Shown here piece by piece: positions 1 through 9,218 of a stretch of DNA of 64,000 nt. The notes under the pieces were generated by a model. The model did not search any database. It was not told where the DNA came from and worked only from the letters and a program-made list of their open reading frames with translations. The translations under genes and the position numbers were made by a program. Numbering within the stretch: the first letter of the stretch is position 1; each line of letters begins with the position of its first letter. The DNA comes from Caldisericota bacterium (GTDB lineage: Bacteria; Caldisericota; Caldisericia; UBA6126; JAGPKI01): the NCBI GenBank assembly GCA_052034135.1, contig JBPOJC010000039.1:1543-65542 (forward strand), written 5' to 3'.

Positions 1-345
1 GCTAAAACTCAAGAGTTTAGAAATCTTGCTCGAGAAATAGCTATGCAGATAGCTATGGATGACCCAGATTACATTTCAAGAGAAGATATTCCGCCTGAAA
101 TTATAGAGAGAGAAAAAGATATTTACAGAACTCAACTTGAAAGCGAAAATAAACCTTCAAATGTTATTGATAAAATTCTTGAGGGTAAACTCGAAAACTT
201 CTACAAAAGTGTATGTCTCTTGGAACTTCCATATATGAGAGATCAAAAAATAACTATAAAGGATTTAATTTCACAATATGTTGGGCAATTAAAAGAAAAT
301 ATTCGTGTAAAGAGGTTTGCAAGATTTAAAGTTGGAGAAGAATGA
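1..345 (+). CDS. tsf: Elongation factor Ts, C-terminal part (5' end lies outside the window)
   Basis: The frame is open from nt 1 (AKTQEFRNLAREIAMQ...) and continuous with ORF 43..345. The EF-Ts C-terminal signature is present. The conserved tsf-pyrH-frr order follows. Confidence 0.85.
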   Translation, partial: AKTQEFRNLAREIAMQIAMDDPDYISREDIPPEIIEREKDIYRTQLESENKPSNVIDKILEGKLENFYKSVCLLELPYMRDQKITIKDLISQYVGQLKENIRVKRFARFKVGEE

Positions 346-1109
346 AAGAAGATAATGCGCCAAGATTTAAAAGGGTGTTATTAAAACTTTCTGGCGAAGC
401 ATTTCTGGGAAATCAAAATTATGGTATAGACTTAAATTATTTAAAAGTTCTATCTAAATATTTAAAAGAGATACATGAATTAAATGTAGAATTGGCAATA
501 GTCGTTGGTGGAGGAAATATCTGGAGAGGTCGAGATGCTAAAAAAATTGGTATGGAAGATGCAACTGCTGACTATATTGGCATGCTTGCTACGATAATGA
601 ATGCTCTTTCCCTTCAAACAGTACTTGAAGCATCCGGCTTAGAAGTAAGGGTACAAAGCGCTATTCAAGTGCAAGAATTAGCAGAACCTTATATACGCAG
701 GCGTGCTATAAGGCACCTTGAAAAAGGAAGAATTGTAATTTTTGCAGGCGGAACAGGAAGCCCTTTTTTCTCTACTGATACAACAGCAGCTTTGAGAGCT
801 GCAGAAATTAATGCGGAGGTCATTCTTAAAGCAACAAATGTTGATGCAGTATATAGTGAAGATCCCAAAAAAAATTCTAAAGCAACCCAATATAAAGAAA
901 TTGATTATACTGAAATACTTTCTAAGAATCTCAAAGTTATAGATGCAACAGCCATTTCTTTGTGTCGTGATAATAAAATACCTTTAATAGTTTTTTCTAT
1001 TAAAGATCCCTCTAATCTTGTGAAAGTATTATTCTCCAAAGATATTGGAACTTCCGTAAGATCATTACAAAAGGAGGAATTAAAAAAATGGGAGAAAAAG
1101 AAGAATTAA
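342..1109 (+). CDS. pyrH: UMP kinase
   Basis: 255 aa with KRVLLKLSGEAF and VVGGGNIWRG motifs typical of the amino-acid-kinase-family UMP kinase. It lies between tsf and frr. Confidence 0.9.
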   Translation: MKEDNAPRFKRVLLKLSGEAFLGNQNYGIDLNYLKVLSKYLKEIHELNVELAIVVGGGNIWRGRDAKKIGMEDATADYIGMLATIMNALSLQTVLEASGLEVRVQSAIQVQELAEPYIRRRAIRHLEKGRIVIFAGGTGSPFFSTDTTAALRAAEINAEVILKATNVDAVYSEDPKKNSKATQYKEIDYTEILSKNLKVIDATAISLCRDNKIPLIVFSIKDPSNLVKVLFSKDIGTSVRSLQKEELKKWEKKKN

Positions 1110-1651
1110 TAAATGATTTGAAAAGCAGAATGCAAAAATCTGTTTCTTCTTTTGTTGAAGAACTCTCATTAATTAGAGCTGGTAAACCGAATCCAGCAAT
1201 CGTTTCAAAGATAAAAGTAATAACATATAGTGGCAGTTTATCTATAAATCAATTAGCTAATATATACGTAGCTGATTCTCACACTCTTATTATTGAACCA
1301 TGGGATAAAAATACTATTAAAGACATAGAAAAAAGTATTGAAAAAGCTAATATCGGCATAATGCCCATAAATGATGGAAGAACTATTAAAATACCTTTTC
1401 CCCCTCTAACAGAGGAAAGAAGGAAAGATTTAATCAAACTTGTCCAAAAGATTGCAGAAGATGCACGCATTTCTGTTAGAAACATTAGACGTGATATAAT
1501 TGAAAAAGTAAAAAAGTTGGAAAAAGATAAAAAAATCTCTGAAGATGAAATGTATAGATCGGAAGAGGAAATACAAAAATTAACCAATAATTACATAAAA
1601 CAAATAGATGAAGAACTTAAACGAAAAGAGCAAGAAATCAGAGAAATCTGA
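1088..1651 (+). CDS. frr: Ribosome recycling factor
   Basis: 187 aa. The typical RRF length and sequence pattern are present, and the gene sits in the pyrH-frr-uppS synteny. Confidence 0.9.
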   Translation: MGEKEELINDLKSRMQKSVSSFVEELSLIRAGKPNPAIVSKIKVITYSGSLSINQLANIYVADSHTLIIEPWDKNTIKDIEKSIEKANIGIMPINDGRTIKIPFPPLTEERRKDLIKLVQKIAEDARISVRNIRRDIIEKVKKLEKDKKISEDEMYRSEEEIQKLTNNYIKQIDEELKRKEQEIREI

Positions 1652-2366
1652 AAATTTTGCTTTTTCTTCCATTCCTCGACATGTTGCCATAATAATGGAT
1701 GGTAATGGAAGATGGGCAGAAGCTCATGGTTTGCCAAGAATTGAAGGTCATAGATCAAGCAGAAAAGCTATAAAAGATGCTGTGATCACAGCAGCAGAAA
1801 ACAATATTGAAATTTTATCACTTTTTGCTTTTTCAACAGAGAACCGGAAAAGACCTCATCAAGAAATAATGCAGTTATTCAGAATATTCACAAGCATAAT
1901 AAAAGAGGAGCTCCCTGAACTAAAAGAAAGAAATGTTAAAGTAAGATATAGTGGTGATATTTCAAAGTTTCCAAACTATTTAAAAGAGGTTCTAATAATT
2001 ACTGAAAATGAAACAAAAAATAATAATGGATTGCTTCTTAATATCTGTCTTGATTACTCTGGAAAAAACGAGATATTAAAAGCCGTAAAGAAAATATTAA
2101 ATTCAAAAATAAATAGTGCTGATTTAGATGAAAGTACTTTCGAAAATTTTTTAGATACGGCTGGCTTACCTCCAGTTGATTTATTAATAAGAACAAGTGG
2201 CGAACAGAGAATAAGCAACTTTATGCTCTGGCAAATAGCTTATACAGAATTATACTTTACCGATACTCTCTGGCCTGATTTTTCGAAAAAAGAATTTATA
2301 AAAGCATTAAAAGAATATCAAAAAAGAGAAAGAAGATTTGGCGGATTAAAAAAGAAAGATGAATGA
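1608..2366 (+). CDS. uppS: Undecaprenyl (isoprenyl) diphosphate synthase
   Basis: RHVAIIMDGNGRWA and the SxENxxRP cis-prenyltransferase motifs are present. The only in-frame start is 1608, overlapping the frr 3' end. Confidence 0.85.
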   Translation: MKNLNEKSKKSEKSENFAFSSIPRHVAIIMDGNGRWAEAHGLPRIEGHRSSRKAIKDAVITAAENNIEILSLFAFSTENRKRPHQEIMQLFRIFTSIIKEELPELKERNVKVRYSGDISKFPNYLKEVLIITENETKNNNGLLLNICLDYSGKNEILKAVKKILNSKINSADLDESTFENFLDTAGLPPVDLLIRTSGEQRISNFMLWQIAYTELYFTDTLWPDFSKKEFIKALKEYQKRERRFGGLKKKDE

Positions 2367-3138
2367 ACTTAAGGAAAGATTCATAGTTGGAATCTTGGGA
2401 GTAATTTTAATTATTGGGGCAAACTTCGTAAGTGAACTTATATTTTTAATAGTTTTACTTGCAATATTCATTCCAGCAAGTATGGAAATAATTAAAATGT
2501 TTGGATTCAAAACCATCGGTAAACTTTTGTTCATATTAACATCAAGCATTACAGTATGTATATTAGCATACCTTCTGAATAAGGGATATATTTCAAATTT
2601 AAAAATATTAATCCCGCTATATATATGGTTCTTATCGGTTATTTTGATTATTTTATTCTCATCAAAAGAGTCAGAGCTTTTAGCCCCTTTTTACGCAATA
2701 TATCTTTGGATTCCATTTGTTTTTGCATGCTTTTTAAGGATTGATTATGGTGCATTACAAACCCTTATTCTTCTTGCTACTATATGGTCGCTTGACTCTT
2801 TTTCATACCTATTTGGTAAAAAATTTGGCAAACATAAAATTGCTCCATTAATTTCTCCTAATAAAACATGGGAAGGAACAATCTCTGGAATTGTTATATC
2901 TTTTCTTATTTTTCTGATTTTAAGCATTATATTTTCAGGATTTAGCTATAGATGGATTATATTGGGAATTATTATACCTCTCTATGGCTTTTTTGGAGAC
3001 CTATTCGAGTCCTTTCTTAAAAGACAAAGAAGATTAAAAAACTCTGGCTCAATGCTAAAAGCTCATGGTGGCATGTTGGATAGATTTGATAGCTTTATTT
3101 TTGCAGCAATTGCTTATTATCCTTTTCTATCAATATGA
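2359..3138 (+). CDS. cdsA: Phosphatidate cytidylyltransferase (CDP-diglyceride synthase)
   Basis: Polytopic membrane protein. The C-terminal CTP_transf_1 signature KRxxxxKNSGxxLxxHGGxLDRFDS is present. Confidence 0.85.
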   Translation: MNELKERFIVGILGVILIIGANFVSELIFLIVLLAIFIPASMEIIKMFGFKTIGKLLFILTSSITVCILAYLLNKGYISNLKILIPLYIWFLSVILIILFSSKESELLAPFYAIYLWIPFVFACFLRIDYGALQTLILLATIWSLDSFSYLFGKKFGKHKIAPLISPNKTWEGTISGIVISFLIFLILSIIFSGFSYRWIILGIIIPLYGFFGDLFESFLKRQRRLKNSGSMLKAHGGMLDRFDSFIFAAIAYYPFLSI

Positions 3139-4322
3139 AACCTTCTGAAAATAACGCAGGAGCAACTGTAAAAAAAAGAACTGTTGCAATTCTCGGAGCA
3201 ACTGGTTCAATTGGGAGACAGGCGTTAGATGTCATAGCAACAGACAAAGATAACTTTGAACTGGTCTTAATAACATGCAATAAAAACATAAAATCTTTAA
3301 TAGAAATTGCAAATAAATGGAACATCAAAACAGTTGGTTTACACTCTATCCTTAAAAAAACTGATAAACCCTTAGATATAGAAGTCCTTACTGGAAACAA
3401 AGAAATCTCAAATTGGATATGCGAAAAGAAGATAGATACTCTCATTTTTTGCACTTCTGGAATAGAAGCTTTCGAAATATTACGAGACTGCTACTCCTCA
3501 TTTAAAAGAATTTGTATATCGAGCAAAGAAATAATCGTTATGGCAGGATTGTGTGGACTATTAGATACCATTAAATCAAAAATTCTGCTGATGCCAGTTG
3601 ATAGCGAGCATGTTGCAATTCATCAGTTAATTGAAAAAAAAGATTTGCGAGATATAAGAAGGCTTATAATAACTGCTTCAGGTGGACCAATTTACTCTAA
3701 AGCAGAATTAAATGATGACATTTCCTGGGCAACAAAAGAGAAAGCCTTAAAACACCCAACATGGGAAATGGGAGCAAAAGTTACAATTGATTCAGCTACT
3801 CTTGTAAATAAAGGAATCGAAATAATGGAGGCAAAATATCTCTTTGGAATCCCTGAAAGTAAAATTGATGTAATAATTCACCCTGAATCTATTATTCACT
3901 CTCTCATTGAGCTTAATGATAGCTTTTTATTTGCATCGCTTGCAATCCCTGATATGAGACTTCCCATTCAATACTCTCTTTATTATCCTGACAAAATAAT
4001 CTCAAAAATTAATAAAAGTTTAAATTTACGTGATATTGAGAAGCTTTCATTTAGAAATATGGATCCAAAAAAGATTGAATCAATTAAACTTGCATATGAA
4101 GCCTTAAATAATGGTAATATTTATCCTCTCGCTTATATTGCTTCTGATGAAGTAGCTGTAGAAGAATTCTTGAATGAGAAAATAACTTTTAAAGATATTT
4201 ATAAATTAATATCTGAAACCTTAAATGAGATTAAGCCATTTAATAATATAAATCCTTATAATATAATAGATATTTATTTGGAAATAAAAAGAAAGAGCAG
4301 GAAAATTTTAGAAAAGATATGA
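3135..4322 (+). CDS. dxr: 1-deoxy-D-xylulose 5-phosphate reductoisomerase
   Basis: VAILGATGSIGRQALDV NADPH-binding N-terminus; 395 aa; follows cdsA. Confidence 0.9.
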   Translation: MKPSENNAGATVKKRTVAILGATGSIGRQALDVIATDKDNFELVLITCNKNIKSLIEIANKWNIKTVGLHSILKKTDKPLDIEVLTGNKEISNWICEKKIDTLIFCTSGIEAFEILRDCYSSFKRICISSKEIIVMAGLCGLLDTIKSKILLMPVDSEHVAIHQLIEKKDLRDIRRLIITASGGPIYSKAELNDDISWATKEKALKHPTWEMGAKVTIDSATLVNKGIEIMEAKYLFGIPESKIDVIIHPESIIHSLIELNDSFLFASLAIPDMRLPIQYSLYYPDKIISKINKSLNLRDIEKLSFRNMDPKKIESIKLAYEALNNGNIYPLAYIASDEVAVEEFLNEKITFKDIYKLISETLNEIKPFNNINPYNIIDIYLEIKRKSRKILEKI

Positions 4323-5347
4323 TTAATGTTATATTACAATATATTCTCGTTATATTAGTTATCTCAATAATAATCGTTGCTCACGAACTTGGACATTTCT
4401 TTGCTGCAAGACGAGCAGGAGTTAAAGTTGAGAAATTTGGCATAGGCTTGGGACCCAAAATATTTTCCTTTAAAAGAAATGAGACTGAATATTGCTTATG
4501 CGCCATACCAATAGGTGGTTTTTGCCAGCTTAAAGGTGAAGAGGAGGCTTCAAATGACCCTGATAGTTTTGACTCAAAAAGTCCTTTTAAGAAATTTCTA
4601 ATTGCCTTTTCGGGTCCATTTGCGAATATCCTCCTTTCATTCCTAATACTTATTTTTACTTTTAATCTTTTCGGGAACCCTTTTATATGGCAAATAAAAA
4701 CAATTCAACCAGATACTCCTGCTGCAGAAGCGGGTTTTATGATTGGAGATGAATTTATTGGTGTAAATGGAAATATCACGAATAACTGGGGATTAATTAG
4801 AGAAGAAATTTCAAAAAGTCCAAACAAAGAAATTATTGTAAATGTAAGAAGAGGAGATAAAGAATTAAGTATTCCAGTGGTTCCAAAGCTATCAAACGAT
4901 GGAACTGGTCTAATAGGAGTAGAGGTAAGACCTTCTGACAAAAGAGAAAGCTTTATAAAGTCAGTGGAACTTTCTCTTGAGATGAATTATTCATTTTTTA
5001 AAGATTTTATGACTTTTCTTGGTATGCTTTTCACTGGCAAAGTTACAAGTGTTGCCGTGGCAGGACCTGTTGGCATAGTTACAACAGCTGCAAGTACAGT
5101 AGCTGTCGGATGGAGCTATTTCTTCTTCTTTATGGCACTATTAAGCGTGAACTTGGGCTTTTTAAATTTATTTCCTTTTCCGCCTTTGGATGGTGGCAGG
5201 ATTGTTTTTTCGATAATTGAGGGAGTGTTCAAGAAAAAGATAAACAAAAATGTCGAAGCTACAATAAATGCAATTGGTTTTATGCTTTTAATGGCATTAA
5301 TAGTTTTTGTTACATGGAATGATATAGCACGTCTTATCCCACATTAG
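4319..5347 (+). CDS. rseP: RIP site-2 zinc metalloprotease (RseP/YaeL family) with a PDZ domain
   Basis: HELGHFFAARRAGV (HExxH in TM1); internal PDZ-like segment; C-terminal LDGG motif. Confidence 0.85.
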   Translation: MINVILQYILVILVISIIIVAHELGHFFAARRAGVKVEKFGIGLGPKIFSFKRNETEYCLCAIPIGGFCQLKGEEEASNDPDSFDSKSPFKKFLIAFSGPFANILLSFLILIFTFNLFGNPFIWQIKTIQPDTPAAEAGFMIGDEFIGVNGNITNNWGLIREEISKSPNKEIIVNVRRGDKELSIPVVPKLSNDGTGLIGVEVRPSDKRESFIKSVELSLEMNYSFFKDFMTFLGMLFTGKVTSVAVAGPVGIVTTAASTVAVGWSYFFFFMALLSVNLGFLNLFPFPPLDGGRIVFSIIEGVFKKKINKNVEATINAIGFMLLMALIVFVTWNDIARLIPH

Positions 5348-5352
5348 ATTTA

Positions 5353-6465
5353 CTAACCTTTAACCAAATAACGACTTTTAAATGATGTAACTTTTATATA
5401 GTTTGAATTAATAGTTTGTAGTAATTCTTTATCTTTAGATGCTTCCAATAAAATTCCTTCAATAATTTCTTTAGTTCTTGGAAGGTTGTGAGAAAACATG
5501 ATCAGATTATGTCCTGCCTTCAATGATTGTATCCCTGCATTCACTAAATCAAGGCCTTGGATAGATAGTGGCATATCTGAAAGGTCATCAGTAACTACTA
5601 TTCCATCGAAATCAAGTTTATTTTTCAGATTATCAGTAACAATATAGTTTGAAAAAGTCGCTGGATTATCGCGGTCCAGAGCATCATATACAACGTGGCT
5701 TGTCATAACAAAAGAAGCTCCACTCTCAATTCCAGATTGGAAAATAGATATTGATTGGTCAATTATATCTTTATTAGAATCATCCTGTATAAACTTATAG
5801 TGAGGGTCATCTGAAATAAGTCCGAGTCCAGGAAAATGTTTCAATGTGGCACAAATATTATATTTATTTAATAAGCTAATAAAAGTTTTATTAAATGCAA
5901 TTAAATCTTCCTTTGATTTAAGCTTTAAACGTTTGGAAATAAAAGAATTTGGCACGAATGGAAAGTCAGCCAATGGGGCTAACTCGACATTAATTCCAAT
6001 TTTTGATAGTTCAACAATATCTCTCTCAATTTTTACCCAGTTTGGATTGCCGAGAGTGAAGATATTCTTAAGAAGGCCCATTCTATTGGCACCATCTGGT
6101 TCTTCGTCAAGCATAATGAAGTAGGGACATTTGGACTCCTCTTTAGAAATTGCCTGTAGTTGACTAATTAAGTTCTCTATTTGCTCAAATGAATCAAAAT
6201 TTCTCTGATATAACACAATACCAGCTGGTTTAATCGTACGCAGAATTGATTCTGTAAAAGAGTCTAAATACGCATAGGGGATTCCAACTATAATATTCTG
6301 ACCTAATTCTTCATTAATGTTAATGATACCTTCTTTTGGTAAGTTTAATGCGTCTATATTTACTGATCTATTCTTTGATATTATGTTTACAGGCAGCAAT
6401 TTTGTCATACTCAGGTGAAAAACCATAAATCCAACCAGAAGAATCAAACTGATGCGGTGAAACAT
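5353..6465 (-). CDS. Glycoside hydrolase family 3 beta-N-acetylhexosaminidase-like protein (NagZ-like), with signal/TM anchor
   Basis: KHFPGLG ... VVTDDLSDM ... AGHNLIMFSHN motifs of the GH3 N-terminal domain. The N-terminus is hydrophobic. Confidence 0.75.
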   Translation of the reverse strand: MFHRISLILLVGFMVFHLSMTKLLPVNIISKNRSVNIDALNLPKEGIININEELGQNIIVGIPYAYLDSFTESILRTIKPAGIVLYQRNFDSFEQIENLISQLQAISKEESKCPYFIMLDEEPDGANRMGLLKNIFTLGNPNWVKIERDIVELSKIGINVELAPLADFPFVPNSFISKRLKLKSKEDLIAFNKTFISLLNKYNICATLKHFPGLGLISDDPHYKFIQDDSNKDIIDQSISIFQSGIESGASFVMTSHVVYDALDRDNPATFSNYIVTDNLKNKLDFDGIVVTDDLSDMPLSIQGLDLVNAGIQSLKAGHNLIMFSHNLPRTKEIIEGILLEASKDKELLQTINSNYIKVTSFKSRYLVKG

Positions 6466-6469
6466 TTAT

Positions 6470-9070
6470 TCATTCCAAAATTGAGTAAAAACTAAAGGTA
6501 CTATCATCTAAAATTATGAATTTGTAAAGAAACTTATAAGAATCTGTAAAGGGAATAAAATTATACCGATACGGATCTTTTCCTAAAATCCATGATGTTA
6601 AATGAGCAAAATCCTCTTGTGTATTACCCTCGTATTCATTATCGCTCTCAGCAAATGTAATATAGTAATACTTATTTTTCTCTAACAGGTATGATGGCAA
6701 TATTTGAAAATGCAAACAATAACCACTCTCTATGGATTTATTCATTAATTTATCTTTTAAGTCATCTAAGGAGAGGTCTAATATTAAAAAATCTACATCA
6801 TCTAATGAAAAGTCTAAAATTAAAAAATCATTAGAATCATAAATATGTATGCGATTGAAAAGGTTGTGTTCGATAAAATCAAAAGTTTTATTATTTAAGA
6901 TAATTGTATCTAATCCTTGATTCTCAAAAACAATATCCAAACCATTTTTTTTGTTTTGTTTGAAATCAATTATACCTTCTTCAATTGGAGGAAAGGTAGC
7001 TCTATATCTTGAGGGTATTGTTATATCATCTCTTGCCCTAGCATGATCTCTAAGTTCAGTAGGTATTTTTTTAACAAGTGTTGGACGGACTAACTGCATA
7101 TCTTTATCCATAAAAATCATATCTGAAAGCTCTATTGTAATGTTACCTTTCTCTGAATTTGGTTTATAGTAAATTTGCATAACACAAGTAGAAGGATCAA
7201 TGTAAACAGGGTTTACCACTCTGAACCAATAAATACCATTTGTAATGCTCACCAACTCTATCTCTGAATCTCCAATTATTCTATATGAGTAAAAAGGCCC
7301 ACAGGCTTTTGCAGAAGGTAAAAAGTAGTCTAATAAACCTATCGTATCATCATAAAGCTCTCTCTGAGAATAATCTACCAACCATGAAAATTCAATTTTT
7401 AAATCTCTTATTAATCCTGGATTATCAATCTTTAAACCCACAAATTCTGCATAAAAAATATTTTTTACCTGAATTTCAGTTCCAGTATATGAGAAAAAAT
7501 GTCCGCTAAAACCAAAAATCGGGTTATCATAATTACTCGTGCGATCAATAATCATCGGTGGTTCCTTTAAACTCCTTAAATATTTCTCTTCGCCTTCACT
7601 ATATCTATAATAATATTCATTTAAAGGAGATGCATAAATAAGGTCCAATTCTAATTGATCGGAAATTGGATACCTGGATACCAAATTAAAATCAACTTGT
7701 TGATAATTCTCAGGGCTTGAGTAAATTAATTCTTCCTTTTCATCTATGTAAGTTAGAAATCTAAGGCTTCTCTGGTTGATATTCATAAAAAGGCTTGCTT
7801 CTTTAGCTGTTAGTGGTTTATCATAAATTCTAAGGCAATCAAGGAATCCACATAAACCATAATTTTTACCTGTATAATAACCTCCAAATTCGAGATTTTC
7901 TAATTTGTTTATATTGGTAAAATTAAACTTCTCACTTGATGGAATAGGTGAAATTTCTTTACCGTTTACGAATAATTTTATTTCCTTACCTGGAATATTC
8001 CATGATATGACTAAATGATACCATTGTATGTTGTTTAATCTCGTATTCCAAACTAAACGATTGTTGCTATTTCCAAGCCGAAAATATAAATTACCGTTTG
8101 ATAATTTCCCAAATTCAATTTGATTCTTAGAGTCTATGAATATATGTTCTGTTATTAATTCAGTTAAATTATAGAACTTTACTCGTGCTTCAACTGAACC
8201 TGCATTCGATAAAGTTTGTAAGTTTTTTGCAGGAACTGTGAAGTATACACTTTTTTCATTCAAATAACTATACCATTTTTGCCAGTCATTAAAGAAAATG
8301 TAAGGTCTTGGTTCATGATAAGACCATCTAACCCCCCATTCGAAGCCAAATTCCAATCTTGATAGAGTTCCATCATTTCCATTTCCTGAAAAATCCAAAA
8401 TTTTCTTGTCATTTACACTATCAAAATAATACCACCCCACAAGTCCTGGCTCTTGCTGAAATACTTTTTTAAAATCCGATAAATCCTCTTTTCTTTCGTT
8501 GCTATAGTACATATAGATTGTTTTTTTGGTATGTGCTTTAAGAAATGGTATTCTTAACCATAATTTTGTGACATCTCTACCGCAGCCGTATTCCAGCCAA
8601 TGTGGTATAATGGTTTGCCCATCTTCTTCTGTAAAATAAATGTTTTCACATGAGGGTGATAATTTTGAATCCCTGATTTTAGATAGAGAGTCCACATTTA
8701 TACTGATTATATAATTTTTTAAATCTTTATTATTATATTGAGTATTTAAAACAATCTTTTTTCTGTACTTACGAATTGTATTGTTAATTCTATTTCCAGC
8801 GGGATTCAGTTTCATTGCTTTTGTTTGAATATTCATTGATTGATTAGTTGAAATTTTCTCGATCTCTACTGGACCTAGTAGATCCCTGCTTGTATATTCA
8901 TCACCAGTTAAAAGCCGTTCAACTAGAGAATTATTCTTAGGCTTTAGTAAATTATCTTCTGGTTTTTTTACCAAAAGTAAAGGAATATTTATATTAAAGA
9001 AAAAAATGGTTAGAACTAATAATATTGATACTAAAAAAATATTTATTAGTCTAATAGATTTTCTTTCCAT
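6470..9070 (-). CDS. Large secreted/membrane-anchored protein with a concanavalin A-like (LamG-type) lectin domain
   Basis: 866 aa with an N-terminal TM segment. It contains a LamG-like end motif (...CLRIYDKPLTAKEASLF). There are no other recognisable catalytic motifs. Confidence 0.5.
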   Translation of the reverse strand: MERKSIRLINIFLVSILLVLTIFFFNINIPLLLVKKPEDNLLKPKNNSLVERLLTGDEYTSRDLLGPVEIEKISTNQSMNIQTKAMKLNPAGNRINNTIRKYRKKIVLNTQYNNKDLKNYIISINVDSLSKIRDSKLSPSCENIYFTEEDGQTIIPHWLEYGCGRDVTKLWLRIPFLKAHTKKTIYMYYSNERKEDLSDFKKVFQQEPGLVGWYYFDSVNDKKILDFSGNGNDGTLSRLEFGFEWGVRWSYHEPRPYIFFNDWQKWYSYLNEKSVYFTVPAKNLQTLSNAGSVEARVKFYNLTELITEHIFIDSKNQIEFGKLSNGNLYFRLGNSNNRLVWNTRLNNIQWYHLVISWNIPGKEIKLFVNGKEISPIPSSEKFNFTNINKLENLEFGGYYTGKNYGLCGFLDCLRIYDKPLTAKEASLFMNINQRSLRFLTYIDEKEELIYSSPENYQQVDFNLVSRYPISDQLELDLIYASPLNEYYYRYSEGEEKYLRSLKEPPMIIDRTSNYDNPIFGFSGHFFSYTGTEIQVKNIFYAEFVGLKIDNPGLIRDLKIEFSWLVDYSQRELYDDTIGLLDYFLPSAKACGPFYSYRIIGDSEIELVSITNGIYWFRVVNPVYIDPSTCVMQIYYKPNSEKGNITIELSDMIFMDKDMQLVRPTLVKKIPTELRDHARARDDITIPSRYRATFPPIEEGIIDFKQNKKNGLDIVFENQGLDTIILNNKTFDFIEHNLFNRIHIYDSNDFLILDFSLDDVDFLILDLSLDDLKDKLMNKSIESGYCLHFQILPSYLLEKNKYYYITFAESDNEYEGNTQEDFAHLTSWILGKDPYRYNFIPFTDSYKFLYKFIILDDSTFSFYSILE

Positions 9071-9218
9071 ATAAAAAATTTAATATAAACAAATAGATAA
9101 ATCAATAAAAATGCATAAATCTAATAAATATAAATTTTCTTATTTGATTTTTATTATAAATTTTATTATAAAGATAGTAAAATCTAACATGTAGATTCTA
9201 ATATAAAGGGAGGTTGAA

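Noticed and set aside
678-890. Antisense or overlapping small ORFs inside well-supported genes (for example, 678..890, 1279..1587, 16567..16890, 38275..38457, 49763..50089, 54987..55220)
   Set aside because: They are embedded opposite to or out of frame within long conserved housekeeping ORFs. They lack SD sequences and have low-complexity composition typical of AT-rich antisense frames.
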